Source: Acidobacteriota bacterium (GTDB lineage Bacteria > Acidobacteriota > UBA6911 > RPQK01 > JAJDTT01). Taken from it: a stretch of 64,000 bases of DNA. The stretch is taken from positions 2,208,001-2,272,000 of the forward strand of contig OZ242374.1 of the NCBI GenBank assembly GCA_965209055.1. The letters are read 5' to 3'. How positions within the stretch are numbered: position 1 is the stretch's first letter; every line of letters starts with the position of its first letter. Below are positions 8,722 through 18,946 of the stretch, in pieces. Both the position numbers and the translations under genes were made by a program. The notes under the pieces were generated by a model. The model had not been told where the DNA came from. It saw only the letters and a list, made by a program, of their open reading frames with translations, and searched no databases.

Positions 8722-9591
8722 ATGCAGAGGACCATCCGCCGGCCGTTCAAACTCAAGGGAATCGGGCTCCACACCGGATGCCGGGTGGCGGTCGAATTGA
8801 AGCCCGCGCCGGCGGGGACCGGCGTCGTCTTCCGCCGCGTCGACCTGCAGGGTTTCGAGATTGAGGCCTCCCGCCGGTACGTCTCCCGCGTGGTCCTGGC
8901 CACGACCCTCATGAAACGCGGAGTGATGCTCTCGACGGTGGAGCATCTTTTGTCGGCGGTCTACGGCCTCGGCCTGGACAACCTCTACATCGACATCGAT
9001 TCCCTGGAGGTCCCCATTCTGGACGGGTCCTCTCAGCCCTTCGTGGAGGGGATTCAGGGTGTCGGGATCGAGGAGCAGGATGCCCCTCGGACCTTCATCA
9101 AGGTAGAAAAGCCGATCCGGCTGACGGACGGGGAGAAGTTCGTCTCCATCGAGCCTTCGCCGGTGTTCCGCGTGACCTACGAGATCGATTTCACCCATCC
9201 CGTCATCGGCCGCCAACGGCTGGACCTGGAGGTGACCCCCGGGGTCTACGCACGGGAGATCTCTTTTTCCCGGACCTTCGGATTCTATCGTGAAGTCCGC
9301 CAACTCCTGGAAAACAATCTGATCCGGGGCGGCTCCTTCGAAAACGCGGTGGTGCTGAGCGACGACGGCGTCATGAGCGGTGAACTCCGGGCGCCCGACG
9401 AGTTCGTTCGCCACAAGGTCCTGGATCTGATCGGCGACGTCTCTCTCTGCGGCAGCCCGGTGATCGGGCATGTCCGCGCCTACAAGGCCGGACACGCCCT
9501 GCACACCGATCTGGCGACGGCGTTGTTTCGAAACGCGTCCCGCTGGCGTGTCGCCGAATCGGAGCTGGATGCGTTCGCCGCCACCGGTTGA
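8722..9591 (+). CDS. lpxC: UDP-3-O-acyl-N-acetylglucosamine deacetylase
   Basis: MQRTI..GIGLHTG, STVEHLLSA, EVPILDGSS, SRTFGF, EFVRHKVLDLIGD, KAGHALH. Confidence 0.97.
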   Translation: MQRTIRRPFKLKGIGLHTGCRVAVELKPAPAGTGVVFRRVDLQGFEIEASRRYVSRVVLATTLMKRGVMLSTVEHLLSAVYGLGLDNLYIDIDSLEVPILDGSSQPFVEGIQGVGIEEQDAPRTFIKVEKPIRLTDGEKFVSIEPSPVFRVTYEIDFTHPVIGRQRLDLEVTPGVYAREISFSRTFGFYREVRQLLENNLIRGGSFENAVVLSDDGVMSGELRAPDEFVRHKVLDLIGDVSLCGSPVIGHVRAYKAGHALHTDLATALFRNASRWRVAESELDAFAATG

Positions 9592-9645
9592 GTTTGACAG
9601 CCGGGGGCAAAAGTCGCCGTACCCCTTCCACTATAATTGCGCCTG

Positions 9646-11373
9646 ATGCCGTGTCCTCCGCTGTACGCTTCCGGAATTCGGGGTGAATCGGGGAGGGGGT
9701 GTCCGTTTCCCTGCCTCAAACGCCTGTTCCGCCTGGCCGCGGCCGCCGGTTGGATGCTGGTCTTTCTCGGTCCCGAATTGCCAGCCCAGAATCGGCGAGA
9801 GCTGCTGCTGGACCTGGGGAGCCGAAGGGCGGCGGTGGCGATGGAGCAGCGGTCCGGCGAGCCCTACGTCAGCCTCAAGGACATGATTTCCGCCCTCCGG
9901 CTCGAAGGCCGGGAGTCGAAGGACCGGTTCAATCTGTCCGGTCCCGGCGGAGAGCTCCTTTTTCTGGACGGGAGACCGCTGGTTCGGGGGGGAGTCGACT
10001 ATCTGCTCATGTCCTCCGCGGCATGGAAGAAAGGCCCTTCCGACTGGTACATCCCGGAGGATTTCCTGATTCGGGCGCTGGCGCCGGTCCTTCCGGGGCG
10101 TTTCTCCAAGACCGGCGTCGCCAGGTATCGGTTCGAACCCCGGGACCTGAACCGGGTAAAGGTGGAGGTGACGAATCATCCCGGTCACGTCCGGATCGAG
10201 TTCACCACCAGCCAGCCGGGGCCGATCCGGGTCCACGACCGGCGGGGCTACGTCGAAGTGGAGTTCGGGCCTTATCGGGTTCGTCCCGGCGCCAAGCGGG
10301 GAACCGCTTCGTCCCGTCTGGTGTCCTCGCTGAAGTTCAACTCCCGGGACCCCTTCGGCACGTTTCGCATCCACAAGGGTCAGGACTATCGCCGGTTCCG
10401 CGACGTCGGAGCCAGCGGCGCTTCGAGCAGGGTCGTGGAGATCCACGGCAGTATGCGGAGGGCTCGGGCCAGCGCCTCGAGAGCGGTCCCGGCCACTGCC
10501 GGAAGTCCCGATCCGGCTCCGGCGCGGCGATCCCGTCTCAGCAGGACCCGGCGCCCGCGGGAGAGGCCGGTCATTGTCGTCGATCCGGGTCATGGCGGAA
10601 GCGATTCCGGAGGCATCTGGGAAGGAGATCTGGGGGAGCAGGGGTTTGTCGAGAAGGATCTGGCCCTCCAGTTTGCGCTGCAGTTGCGAGACGAATTTCG
10701 GAAACGGGGCCTGGAGGTGGTTCTGACCCGGGACCGGGACGTGAATCTCTCCGCGGCCCAGCGCAGCGCCGTGGGCAACTCAAATCGAACTCGAGCCTAC
10801 CTGAGCCTCCATCTGGGACGTGCGCCGGACGCAGAGATGCGGGGCGGCGTGGTCTATTTTCATGGGAAACCCCCAGTCATACCTCCGCCGGAGCCGGAGG
10901 AACCCGACGAGGAGTCGTTGGCTCTCCAGGACGGCGAGACTCCGGACCTGCCGCAACCGGAATCGGAACCGGAGGCGGGCGAGGAGGAGGACGTCGAGAT
11001 CGTGGTGAGCCAACCGGACCCTGAATCGGACCCTGAATCGGACCCCGAACCGGAGCCCGAAGAGGAGGGAAAGTTCGTTCTCTGGGAAATGGGCCAGGAA
11101 CGATACCAGCCGCGCAGCCGGGATCTGGCCGCGGCGGTTCAGGAGAGCCTGAATCAAGCTTACGAGGTTGAGAATCAGGTCATCGAAGCCCCATTGACGG
11201 TGCTGCAGCCGGTGGCGGCCGCGGGAATCGTCGTGGAGTTCGGGCAATTGACCAACGCGGTGGACCGGTTGAACCTGACCATGCAACTCTTCCAACAGCG
11301 TCTGATTTCGGCCTTGGCTTCGGGGGTCGTTGCCTTCCTGGAAGGCCCTTCTGACGGGAGTGATCCGGAATGA
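9646..11373 (+). CDS. N-acetylmuramoyl-L-alanine amidase (Amidase_3) with acidic Pro-rich insertion
   Basis: VVVDPGHGG, EKDLAL, LTRDRD, SLH, VEFG Zn-amidase motifs; start uncertain. Confidence 0.85.
   Translation: MPCPPLYASGIRGESGRGCPFPCLKRLFRLAAAAGWMLVFLGPELPAQNRRELLLDLGSRRAAVAMEQRSGEPYVSLKDMISALRLEGRESKDRFNLSGPGGELLFLDGRPLVRGGVDYLLMSSAAWKKGPSDWYIPEDFLIRALAPVLPGRFSKTGVARYRFEPRDLNRVKVEVTNHPGHVRIEFTTSQPGPIRVHDRRGYVEVEFGPYRVRPGAKRGTASSRLVSSLKFNSRDPFGTFRIHKGQDYRRFRDVGASGASSRVVEIHGSMRRARASASRAVPATAGSPDPAPARRSRLSRTRRPRERPVIVVDPGHGGSDSGGIWEGDLGEQGFVEKDLALQFALQLRDEFRKRGLEVVLTRDRDVNLSAAQRSAVGNSNRTRAYLSLHLGRAPDAEMRGGVVYFHGKPPVIPPPEPEEPDEESLALQDGETPDLPQPESEPEAGEEEDVEIVVSQPDPESDPESDPEPEPEEEGKFVLWEMGQERYQPRSRDLAAAVQESLNQAYEVENQVIEAPLTVLQPVAAAGIVVEFGQLTNAVDRLNLTMQLFQQRLISALASGVVAFLEGPSDGSDPE
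11016..11060 (+). repeat. Coding 12-bp tandem repeat (DPES-DPES-DPEP-EPE) in the amidase insertion
   Basis: GGACCCTGAATC x2 then GGACCCCGAACC GGAGCCCGA. Confidence 0.7.
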
Positions 11374-11954
11374 GCGAGCTGCGGATCGCGCTCTCCCTGT
11401 TCCTGTTGATCATCATCGCTCTGGGAGTCGGGTACTACCTCACCGAGGCGGAGTTGCAACGGCAGCGAAGAGTCGGCCTGGAGGAGCCGCAGGTTACCCA
11501 GCCGGTTCGCATGCCGTCCCGCTCGGGAACTTCCTCGCGTGAAATGGAGGTTCGTGTCTTCTTCTGCGCGCCCGGCGCCACGGCTCCCGGCGAAGGGTTT
11601 CTCGTGTCCGAAGATCGCACCGTCCTGCAGACGGGTGAGCCGGTGTTCAACGCGCGGCAGATCGTGGACGAACTGATTCAGGGCCCCGAGGAAGAGGGTG
11701 TCCCGATCTTTCGGCAGGACGCCACGATTCGGCAGATCTTCGTTCTGGAGGACAAGACGGCGGTGGTGGACATCAGCCGCAAGACGGCCGAGAACCTGGC
11801 CGGCGGGATCCGAATGGAATTGTGCGCCATCCATTCCATCACCAGGTCGCTGGTCGAGAACCTGGGGGAGATCGATCAGGTCCGGTTCCTGGTGGGGGGC
11901 AAGCCGGAACTCACGCTTTCCGGCCACGTTTCCATAGGGGAACCCTTCCTGTAA
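11370..11954 (+). CDS. GerMN domain membrane protein
   Basis: N-terminal TM; IVDELIQGP, TAVVDIS, SITRSL..IDQVRFLVGGK..TLSGHV motifs; coupled to amidase by ATGA. Confidence 0.85.
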   Translation: MSELRIALSLFLLIIIALGVGYYLTEAELQRQRRVGLEEPQVTQPVRMPSRSGTSSREMEVRVFFCAPGATAPGEGFLVSEDRTVLQTGEPVFNARQIVDELIQGPEEEGVPIFRQDATIRQIFVLEDKTAVVDISRKTAENLAGGIRMELCAIHSITRSLVENLGEIDQVRFLVGGKPELTLSGHVSIGEPFL

Positions 11955-11990
11955 CATGGCCCCTCCCGGGCGGAGAGACGACTGACAGTG

Positions 11991-12791
11991 ATGAATCGCA
12001 GAAACGACGGACGGCGTCCCGACGATTTGAGGCCGGTGAAAGTCACCACCGGCTTTACCAGGCATGCGGAAGGATCGGTCCTGATGGAGTGCGGAGACAC
12101 CCGGGTCCTCTGCACGGCAAGCGTCGAGAAGAAGGTCCCCCCCTTCTTGCGGGGAGCCGGCCAGGGTTGGATCACCGCCGAGTATGGGATGCTTCCCCGG
12201 TCGACCCACACCCGCATGATTCGCGAGGTGGCCAAGGGAAAGCTCTCCGGGAGGAGCCAGGAGATTCAGCGCCTGATCGGGCGGTCGTTGCGGGCGGTCG
12301 TGGACCTTCACCTCCTGGGAGAGCGGACCATCTGGTTGGACTGTGACGTGCTTCAGGCGGACGGGGGCACCCGCACCACCTCCATCACCGGGGCTTTCCT
12401 GGCACTGGCCCTGGCCCTGGATCGGTTGCATGGGGAGCGGACTCTTCAGGAACCGGTCCTCCTGTCTCCCGTGGCCGCGGTCAGCGTGGGAATCCTGGGA
12501 GACGAACCGGTGTTGGATCTGAACTACCGGGAAGATTTCGCCGCCGAAGTGGACATGAACGTGGTCATGACCGGTCAGGACGAGTACGTCGAAGTCCAGG
12601 GGACCGCGGAAGGAACTCCCTTCGGCCAGGGACAACTGGATCGGCTCCTGGAATTGGCCCGCGGCGGAATCCGGCAACTGATCTCCAGGCAGCGGGCCGT
12701 ATTGGAAGACACGACGGAAGATGCCGCCCGGCTGTTCCGGCCCGATCCCGCCTCCAATCGTTTTGCGATTCCTGTTGGCAACTCGAAATAA
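11991..12791 (+). CDS. rph: Ribonuclease PH
   Basis: [63 protein letters not shown]. Confidence 0.97.
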   Translation: MNRRNDGRRPDDLRPVKVTTGFTRHAEGSVLMECGDTRVLCTASVEKKVPPFLRGAGQGWITAEYGMLPRSTHTRMIREVAKGKLSGRSQEIQRLIGRSLRAVVDLHLLGERTIWLDCDVLQADGGTRTTSITGAFLALALALDRLHGERTLQEPVLLSPVAAVSVGILGDEPVLDLNYREDFAAEVDMNVVMTGQDEYVEVQGTAEGTPFGQGQLDRLLELARGGIRQLISRQRAVLEDTTEDAARLFRPDPASNRFAIPVGNSK

Positions 12792-13350
12792 GGGAAAGGT
12801 GGCGGAGGTCCTCCACGCCCTGGAAGGACTCCCGGTCCAGGTGGACCTGCTGCCGGACCATCCCCGGATCCCCGAACCGGAGGAAACCGGCCTGACCTTC
12901 CGCGAGAATGCGGCGCTCAAGTCCCGCTACTACTCCCGTCTCACGGGTGTCCCCACTCTCTCGGAGGATTCCGGACTGGCCGTGGAGGTGCTGGACGGAC
13001 GTCCGGGCGTCCGTTCGGCCCGCCTGGCCCCCACCGACGGCGAGCGAATCCAGACCCTGCTGAAGCTGATTGCGGAGGCCGATCCGGAGTGGCCCGATTC
13101 CCGTCCCCGGGCCCGCTTCGTCTCGGCGATGTGCCTGTCCCTGCCGGAGGAGCGCATCCAGGTACAGGGGGAGGTCTGGGGACGGATCGTTCCCGAGGCC
13201 CGGGGAGCCAACGGCTTCGGCTACGACCCGGTCTTCTTCTATCCGCCCCTGAACCGGACCTTCGCCCAACTCACCATCGAGCAGAAGAGCCGGATCTCCC
13301 ATCGATCCCGGGCATTGCGGAAGCTTCGGGCCCGGCTCAAGGCATTCTGA
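12763..13350 (+). CDS. rdgB: Non-canonical purine NTP pyrophosphatase
   Basis: [45 protein letters not shown]; TTG start overlapping end of rph. Confidence 0.93.
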   Translation: MRFLLATRNKGKVAEVLHALEGLPVQVDLLPDHPRIPEPEETGLTFRENAALKSRYYSRLTGVPTLSEDSGLAVEVLDGRPGVRSARLAPTDGERIQTLLKLIAEADPEWPDSRPRARFVSAMCLSLPEERIQVQGEVWGRIVPEARGANGFGYDPVFFYPPLNRTFAQLTIEQKSRISHRSRALRKLRARLKAF

Positions 13351-13356
13351 TCCGAA

Positions 13357-15429
13357 TCAGCCTGCCGCCCCGATGGCCTGCTTCAGTTCTTCCGCCGTGA
13401 AAACCGGCCTCCGGCAGACGAAGTTCCGGCAGACGTAGGCGGCGGCCCCGCCGTCGGCGGAGGTTTTTCCCGCCAGGAGGGGGATCTGGTATCCAATGCC
13501 ATCGTCCTCGCCCGACGCGACCGCCAGGATCTTGTTGGGCAGGTACTGATCCCTCACCACCTGGACCAGCGGGGCCCGCTGTGTTTCGCTCCCGACCACG
13601 GCGATCTCGTGAACCGGGCCCAGGTAGTGGTCCAGAGCCTGTAGCCAGTAGCCGAACGCCAGTGGATGGCGTTCCAGGGCCAGGGAGACACGCCGGAGCA
13701 TGCTCTCCGCCTTCTCCAGGTAGCCGGATCGCCCCAGCAGCTTGTGGAGGCGGAGCAGGTTCAGGCAGGAGACGGCGTTCCCGCTGGGGGTGGCATTGTC
13801 CATGAACTCCTTGTGGCGAATCACCAGGCGTTCGTGGTTCCTGGAGGTGAAATGGAAGTCTCCTTGCTCAGCGTCCCAGAACAGTTCCAACTGGGCTTCC
13901 GTGACTTCGACGGCGCGGTCCACCCAGACCGGGTCGCCGGTGGCCTGGTACAGGGCCAGCCAACCCTCGACCACTTGGGCGTAGTCATCGAGATAGCCGT
14001 TGAGGCGCGCCCGGCCCATGGTCCAGCTCCGGTGTAGGCGGTCGCCGGTCCACATCTCCGAATAGAGGAACTCCCCGTTCCTCAAGCTGATTTCCAGGTA
14101 CTCGGAACTGTCGAAGGCGAAGGCGGCCTCGGCGAAAGCGGTGAGCATCATGCCGTTCCAGGAAGCCAGGACCTTGTCGTCCAATCCCGGCCGGATCCGC
14201 TTCCTCCGGATCGCGAACAGCCGCCGTCTGGCCCCCGCCAGGAGCCGGTCCAACTCTTCGGGCGCCATCCCCAGACTCTCGGCGTAGGGCTCCCGTTCCA
14301 GCCGGGGGTGCAGGATGTTGGAGCCCTCGAAGTTTCCGTGGGAGGTGACGTCGTAGTAGTCGCAGAAGATCCGCGCGGTCTTCGAATCCAGGGCGGATTC
14401 CACCTCTTCGAGGCTCCAGACGTAGAACTTCCCTTCGTGGCCTTCGCTGTCGGCGTCCTCGGCCGAGTAGAAGCCGCCTTCTTCGTTATCCCACATCTCC
14501 CGCTGAACGTAACCCAGGGTCTCGTCGACGATCTGCCGGTAGAAACGGTTGTCCGTCAGTTGCCAGGCCTCCAGGTAGACTCGCGCCAGGAGCGCGTTGT
14601 CGTAGAGCATCTTCTCGAAGTGGGGCACCAGCCAGCGGTCGTCCACCGAGTAGCGGTGGAACCCGCCGCCCAACTGGTCGTAGAGCCCGCCCCGGGCCAT
14701 CTCGCTGAGCGTCACGTCGACCATCCGAAGGGCGGACGTTCGTTCGGTTCTCCTGCAATAACGCACCAGGAACGCGAGAACCATGGAACTGGGGAACTTG
14801 GGGGCTTGCCCGAAGCCGCCCAGGCGATGGTCGAACTGCTGGTAGCAGCGATCGTGGGCCTGATCCAGGATATTCGAGTCCAGGTCGCCTGGGGCCAGTC
14901 CCCACGAGAAGGCCTCTTCCAGCCGTTGCAGCGTCCGGCTCCGCCCGGCTTCGATCTCCTGGCGGCGCTCCACGAAGGCGTCCTTCACGCCCTGGAGGAT
15001 GCGGGCGAAGCCGGGACGTCCATAGCGGTCCTCGGGAGGAAAGTAGGTTCCCCCATAGAAGGGGACCAGGTCCGGCGTCAGGAAGACCGTCAACGGCCAA
15101 CCGCCGCTCCCGGTGGTCATCTGGACGAAGCTCATGTAGATGGAGTCCACGTCGGGCCGCTCCTCCCGGTCGACCTTGATGTTGATGAATCCCTCGTTCA
15201 TCAGGGCGGCGATGCGCTCGTTCTCGAAGGATTCGTGCTCCATGACGTGGCACCAGTGACAGGAGGAGTATCCGATGCTCAGCAGAATGGGCTTGTCCTG
15301 TTCCTTCGACTTGTACAGGGCATCGTCATTCCAGGCATGCCAGTCCACCGGGTTGTAGGCGTGTTGGGTCAGATAGGGACTGGTCTCGTCAATCAGCCGG
15401 TTGGGGCGGTGAGTGCCGAATGCGGTCAT
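13357..15429 (-). CDS. Thioredoxin-domain/six-hairpin protein YyaL (DUF255, SPATA20-like)
   Basis: [61 protein letters not shown]. Confidence 0.93.
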   Translation of the reverse strand: MTAFGTHRPNRLIDETSPYLTQHAYNPVDWHAWNDDALYKSKEQDKPILLSIGYSSCHWCHVMEHESFENERIAALMNEGFINIKVDREERPDVDSIYMSFVQMTTGSGGWPLTVFLTPDLVPFYGGTYFPPEDRYGRPGFARILQGVKDAFVERRQEIEAGRSRTLQRLEEAFSWGLAPGDLDSNILDQAHDRCYQQFDHRLGGFGQAPKFPSSMVLAFLVRYCRRTERTSALRMVDVTLSEMARGGLYDQLGGGFHRYSVDDRWLVPHFEKMLYDNALLARVYLEAWQLTDNRFYRQIVDETLGYVQREMWDNEEGGFYSAEDADSEGHEGKFYVWSLEEVESALDSKTARIFCDYYDVTSHGNFEGSNILHPRLEREPYAESLGMAPEELDRLLAGARRRLFAIRRKRIRPGLDDKVLASWNGMMLTAFAEAAFAFDSSEYLEISLRNGEFLYSEMWTGDRLHRSWTMGRARLNGYLDDYAQVVEGWLALYQATGDPVWVDRAVEVTEAQLELFWDAEQGDFHFTSRNHERLVIRHKEFMDNATPSGNAVSCLNLLRLHKLLGRSGYLEKAESMLRRVSLALERHPLAFGYWLQALDHYLGPVHEIAVVGSETQRAPLVQVVRDQYLPNKILAVASGEDDGIGYQIPLLAGKTSADGGAAAYVCRNFVCRRPVFTAEELKQAIGAAG

Positions 15430-15472
15430 GTTCGAGCTCCCTTGAAAGCTGGGTCCTGCGCTTTGAATCCGT

Positions 15473-16186
15473 TCATTGGGCGCCGATCGATCCCGGGATG
15501 CCGGCGGGCGCCGAGTCCGGCCGTCTCCGGTAGACGGTGGGGTCCGCAACACCGGCGCGGGCGAAGGCGCCGGATCGCTCCATGCAGGTCCCGCACCGGC
15601 CGCAGTGCAGATCCTCACCCCGGTAGCAGCTCCAGGTCAGACCGAACGGAACGTCCAACCGGGTCCCGAGGCGGACGATGTCGACCTTGGTGAGGTGCAG
15701 GAACGGGACCGTCAGTTCGATGGGCTCGTAGTGGCAAAGGCCGGCGGTCCTGGCCAGAGCCCGGACGAATTCGGGGCGGCAGTCGGGATAGACCTCGTGG
15801 TCTCCGGCATGGGCGGCGTAGGCGACCGTGCCGCAATCGGAAGAGATGGCCCAGGCCAGGGCCACGGCCAGCATCAACATGTTGCGGTTGGGGACCACGG
15901 TGACCTTCATGCTCTCCGGATCGTACTCCCCCGACGGGATCTCGACGTCCGGGCTGGTGAGGGCGCTCCCCGCCAGGAATCCCGTGACCGCGGAAAGATC
16001 GGCGCTCTTGAAGGAAACTCCCACCCGGGCGCAGATTCCGGCGGCTGCGCCGAGTTCCTTGCGATGCCGTTGTCCGTAGTCGATGCCCAGAGCTTGGACA
16101 TGATGCCCCTGGGAGAGAAGCTGATACAGAAGCGTGGTGGAGTCCATCCCTCCCGAAAGCGTCAGAACGACTCGTTTTCGAACCAC
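15473..16186 (-). CDS. queC: 7-cyano-7-deazaguanine synthase
   Basis: [44 protein letters not shown]. Confidence 0.95.
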   Translation of the reverse strand: MVRKRVVLTLSGGMDSTTLLYQLLSQGHHVQALGIDYGQRHRKELGAAAGICARVGVSFKSADLSAVTGFLAGSALTSPDVEIPSGEYDPESMKVTVVPNRNMLMLAVALAWAISSDCGTVAYAAHAGDHEVYPDCRPEFVRALARTAGLCHYEPIELTVPFLHLTKVDIVRLGTRLDVPFGLTWSCYRGEDLHCGRCGTCMERSGAFARAGVADPTVYRRRPDSAPAGIPGSIGAQ

Positions 16187-16232
16187 GGCTTCCCTTCGCT
16201 CAACCGGCCCATGCAGAGACTAGCACAGGGGG

Positions 16233-16261
16233 GGAGCGGCGGTTTCCAACCGCCGAACTCC
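16233..16261 (+). repeat. REP-like palindrome (type A)
   Basis: GGAGCGGCGGTTTCCAACCGCCGAACTCC, one mismatch to the copy at 36553. Confidence 0.8.
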
Positions 16262-16338
16262 GGTGGAGCATGGAGGAATGGGAGGCTTCCAGTCACCCAC
16301 GAAACGCGTTCGGTCAAGGCTACTCCGGAAGCCGGCGG

Positions 16339-17961
16339 TCAGGAAACCGCTGCTCCTTTCCTCATGCACCGCTGGATCCAACTGACCGCGCAGCCGGCCG
16401 CCAGGCCCACGGGAAGCGATACCGGCAGGATCCACTGAAAGCTGAAGTCCACGATTCCGGTCCGTTCCGACAACGGAACCCAACCCAGGTCCAGGGTCAT
16501 CTGGTTCAGCGAACCCCAGTAGGCCACGCAGGCCGCCGCCAGAAGGGCCGACAGCGATCCTGCGATAGTTCCCGAAGCGGTGGAGAAGGGTACGAATATG
16601 GCGAGAAAGAAGAGCAGAAAGAGGGCGCCGACGTACAGGTGAAGGGTTCGTTGCGCGATTTCCACGAAGTTGCCCGGCACGTTTCCCACCAGGAACGAGG
16701 ATCCCAGGACCACGATCAGCCCGATGGCGAGAGCCAGCGCCTGCGAGAGGCGGACTCGCGCGATTTCGCTCAGTGCGCGCCGCCGGAACCGGCCGACGAA
16801 ATCGGTCACCACCACCGCCGTGAGCGAATTGACTCCGGAGTCGACGCTCGACATGGCCGCGGCGAAGAGGCCGGAAATCACGAGGCCCGATACGCCGATG
16901 GGAAGCAGGTGAACGATGTAGTAGGGAAACACCCGATCGGCATCGACGCCTGCGGGCAGGAGTTCCGGACGAGCCTCGAAGAAACCCAGCAGTGAGAAGG
17001 CCACCAGGGCCAGAATCACGTTCACCAGGATGCCGGCGAACGAATTCAGCAGAAAGGATCGCCGCGCCGCCTTGACGTCCCGAACCGACATGAAGCGTTG
17101 GACCGCCGTTTGGTCCCCTCCGGCGGTGCAGACCCACCAGAGGGTTCCCGACACGATGGACCAGAACGCCGTGACCCGGACGTTGGGGTCCAGGCTGAAC
17201 AGGGGTTGAGTGTCCCAGGAGGGGCTCCATTCGGTGGGGAACCAACCGAATCCGCCGAGGCGAACCGTCACCGTGATCACCACCAGCAGCGCCCCGCCGC
17301 ACAGGAGGCAGAACTGCAGGAAGTCGGTGATGACCACGGCCCGCAGACCGCCGAAGGACGCATAGGTGATGGCCACGGCTCCGATCACCAGCGCCACGTA
17401 GGGAAGCTTGTCCTGCTCGAGACCCAGCATCAGAAGCATGGCTTGAGCGCTCAGGTGGATGAGCAGCGACATCCAGGTCAACCGGAGCATGATGAACAGG
17501 ACGGCGCCGGTCAGGCGGACGCTCAGGCCTTTTTTCTGCTCCAGCAGTTCGTAGGCGCTGATCAGCCGAAAGCGCATGTAGGCCGGGACGATCAGGTAAC
17601 CCACGATGAGGTAGTAGAAGGGGATCGAGAGAGACGAAGTCAGGATGGCGGGCCCCTTTCCGTAGACTTCGCCCGGTGTCGCCAGGAAGGAGATGGTGCT
17701 GAAGAGGGTCACGAACATGGAGATGCCGATGAGCCCCGGGTTCATGGTCCGGTTGCCCACGAAGTACTCGTCCAGGCTCTTCTGGCGCCGCCGGTAGTAC
17801 CAGCCCAGGGAGATCATCCCCAGGGCGTAGACGGCGATGATGACTCCGTCGATCCAGTGCAAGCCGCTGCCCGCGAAGCCGGCCGCCGCCGCGCCGGCCT
17901 CGGGTTGACCCAGTACCTGCCCCATGGACAGGGTTGCCGCCGCCAGGAACCACTTCATCAT
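16339..17961 (-). CDS. Sodium:solute symporter (SSS) family transporter
   Basis: EYFVGNR, SMFVTLFSTISFLATPG, GGLRAVVITDFLQ, DQTAVQRFMS, FAAAMSSVDSGVNS; many TMs. Confidence 0.92.
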   Translation of the reverse strand: MMKWFLAAATLSMGQVLGQPEAGAAAAGFAGSGLHWIDGVIIAVYALGMISLGWYYRRRQKSLDEYFVGNRTMNPGLIGISMFVTLFSTISFLATPGEVYGKGPAILTSSLSIPFYYLIVGYLIVPAYMRFRLISAYELLEQKKGLSVRLTGAVLFIMLRLTWMSLLIHLSAQAMLLMLGLEQDKLPYVALVIGAVAITYASFGGLRAVVITDFLQFCLLCGGALLVVITVTVRLGGFGWFPTEWSPSWDTQPLFSLDPNVRVTAFWSIVSGTLWWVCTAGGDQTAVQRFMSVRDVKAARRSFLLNSFAGILVNVILALVAFSLLGFFEARPELLPAGVDADRVFPYYIVHLLPIGVSGLVISGLFAAAMSSVDSGVNSLTAVVVTDFVGRFRRRALSEIARVRLSQALALAIGLIVVLGSSFLVGNVPGNFVEIAQRTLHLYVGALFLLFFLAIFVPFSTASGTIAGSLSALLAAACVAYWGSLNQMTLDLGWVPLSERTGIVDFSFQWILPVSLPVGLAAGCAVSWIQRCMRKGAAVS

Positions 17962-17990
17962 GCTTTGAGTAACCTGTTGAGAAATTCCGG

Positions 17991-18788
17991 CTAGTCGGCC
18001 ACCCAGTGACGGTAGAGCGGCTTGACCCGCGCCGGCAGAGACTCGTAGACGGACGCCGGAACCGGAACCTGCTCGTTTTCGTCTCCTCCCGTCTCGTCCA
18101 CCATTTGCGTGCGCTCGATCGAGCCGGGTCTCAAGATATCGATGTTGAGCCACCAGGGAGCGTAACGGACCGCCATTCCAACGCGGGGACGGCCGCTCCG
18201 ATTGGGAGCCGTCGAGTGCCAGAGCCGACTGTCGAAGATCAGCACGCTGCCGGCCCGTCCGGTGGCGTGGATCTCGGTGGGATACGCGCGGGTGGGATCG
18301 ACGCCGTTGTCGCCGGTAGGGTTGTTGGGAGACCGGTGACTTCCGGGCACGACCAGCGTGCCCCCGGTCTCTGCCGAGAAGGACGAAAGCATCCAGATGG
18401 TGGTCAGGTGGGCGACCATGTCGGGGTAGGGCGCCGGGATGTGGCCGGCGCTGTTCTGGTTGAAGGGCCAGTCGGCGTGCCAGCGGCCCCGCTCGTTCCC
18501 CGGATAGTTGATGATGGCCGTAGTGAAGGAGATCCGGACCGGCTTGCCCAGAAGGGCTTCTGCGATAGCCAGGATTCTCCGGTCCGCGAGATAGGGGCTG
18601 AATGACTGATCGAAGGCCAGAAGCCCGGTCCGGGCGCCCACGCCCTGAATCCTGACGGACCCGCCAGTGGATTCCACCGCCGACCGGACGCTCCGGCGGA
18701 TGTCGCGGACCCGGGACTCGGGGATGATCCCATCCAGGACGCACCATCCGTCCAACTTCAAGTGGTGCAATGCTTTATCCAGGTTCAT
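17991..18788 (-). CDS. Phytanoyl-CoA dioxygenase (PhyH) family Fe(II)/2-oxoglutarate enzyme
   Basis: LDGWCVL, WHAD, GGTLVVPGSH, GRAGSVLIFDSRLWH..PN.S..PR. Confidence 0.9.
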   Translation of the reverse strand: MNLDKALHHLKLDGWCVLDGIIPESRVRDIRRSVRSAVESTGGSVRIQGVGARTGLLAFDQSFSPYLADRRILAIAEALLGKPVRISFTTAIINYPGNERGRWHADWPFNQNSAGHIPAPYPDMVAHLTTIWMLSSFSAETGGTLVVPGSHRSPNNPTGDNGVDPTRAYPTEIHATGRAGSVLIFDSRLWHSTAPNRSGRPRVGMAVRYAPWWLNIDILRPGSIERTQMVDETGGDENEQVPVPASVYESLPARVKPLYRHWVAD

Positions 18789-18859
18789 AAGCCGTGTCCG
18801 CGGTTCATTTCCAGAGTCACAACCCGACAAAGATAACATGGTGGCCGTCGCTGGGAAGT

Positions 18860-18942
18860 GTAGAGGGGGGAGTGCCGTCCCCCCTACCCCCCTGTCGGCG
18901 ACAGGGATGTCGCCGCTCCCGGCGATTGGAAACCGCCGCTCC
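18860..18942 (-). repeat. Composite REP-like element: type A + type B palindromes plus a GTAG-bounded palindrome
   Basis: Minus strand GGAGCGGCGGTTTCCAATCGCCG-GGAGCGGCGACATCCCTGTCGCCG (18942-18896); GTAGAGGGGGGAGTGCCGTCCCCCCTAC (18860-18887). Confidence 0.8.
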
Positions 18943-18946
18943 TTGG

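Noticed and set aside
9594-9637. Perfect TTGACA and TATAAT upstream of the amidase
   Set aside because: They are 32 nt apart, so they do not form one sigma70 promoter; only the -10 is considered plausible
15473-16186. queC as part of a Dpd/Qat-type DNA-modification defence system
   Set aside because: Canonical-length QueC with no dpdA, ATPase or TatD neighbours; housekeeping queuosine synthesis is the simpler reading
16187-16338. preQ1 riboswitch upstream of queC
   Set aside because: No preQ1 stem-loop with A-rich tail; the region is occupied by a REP-like hairpin
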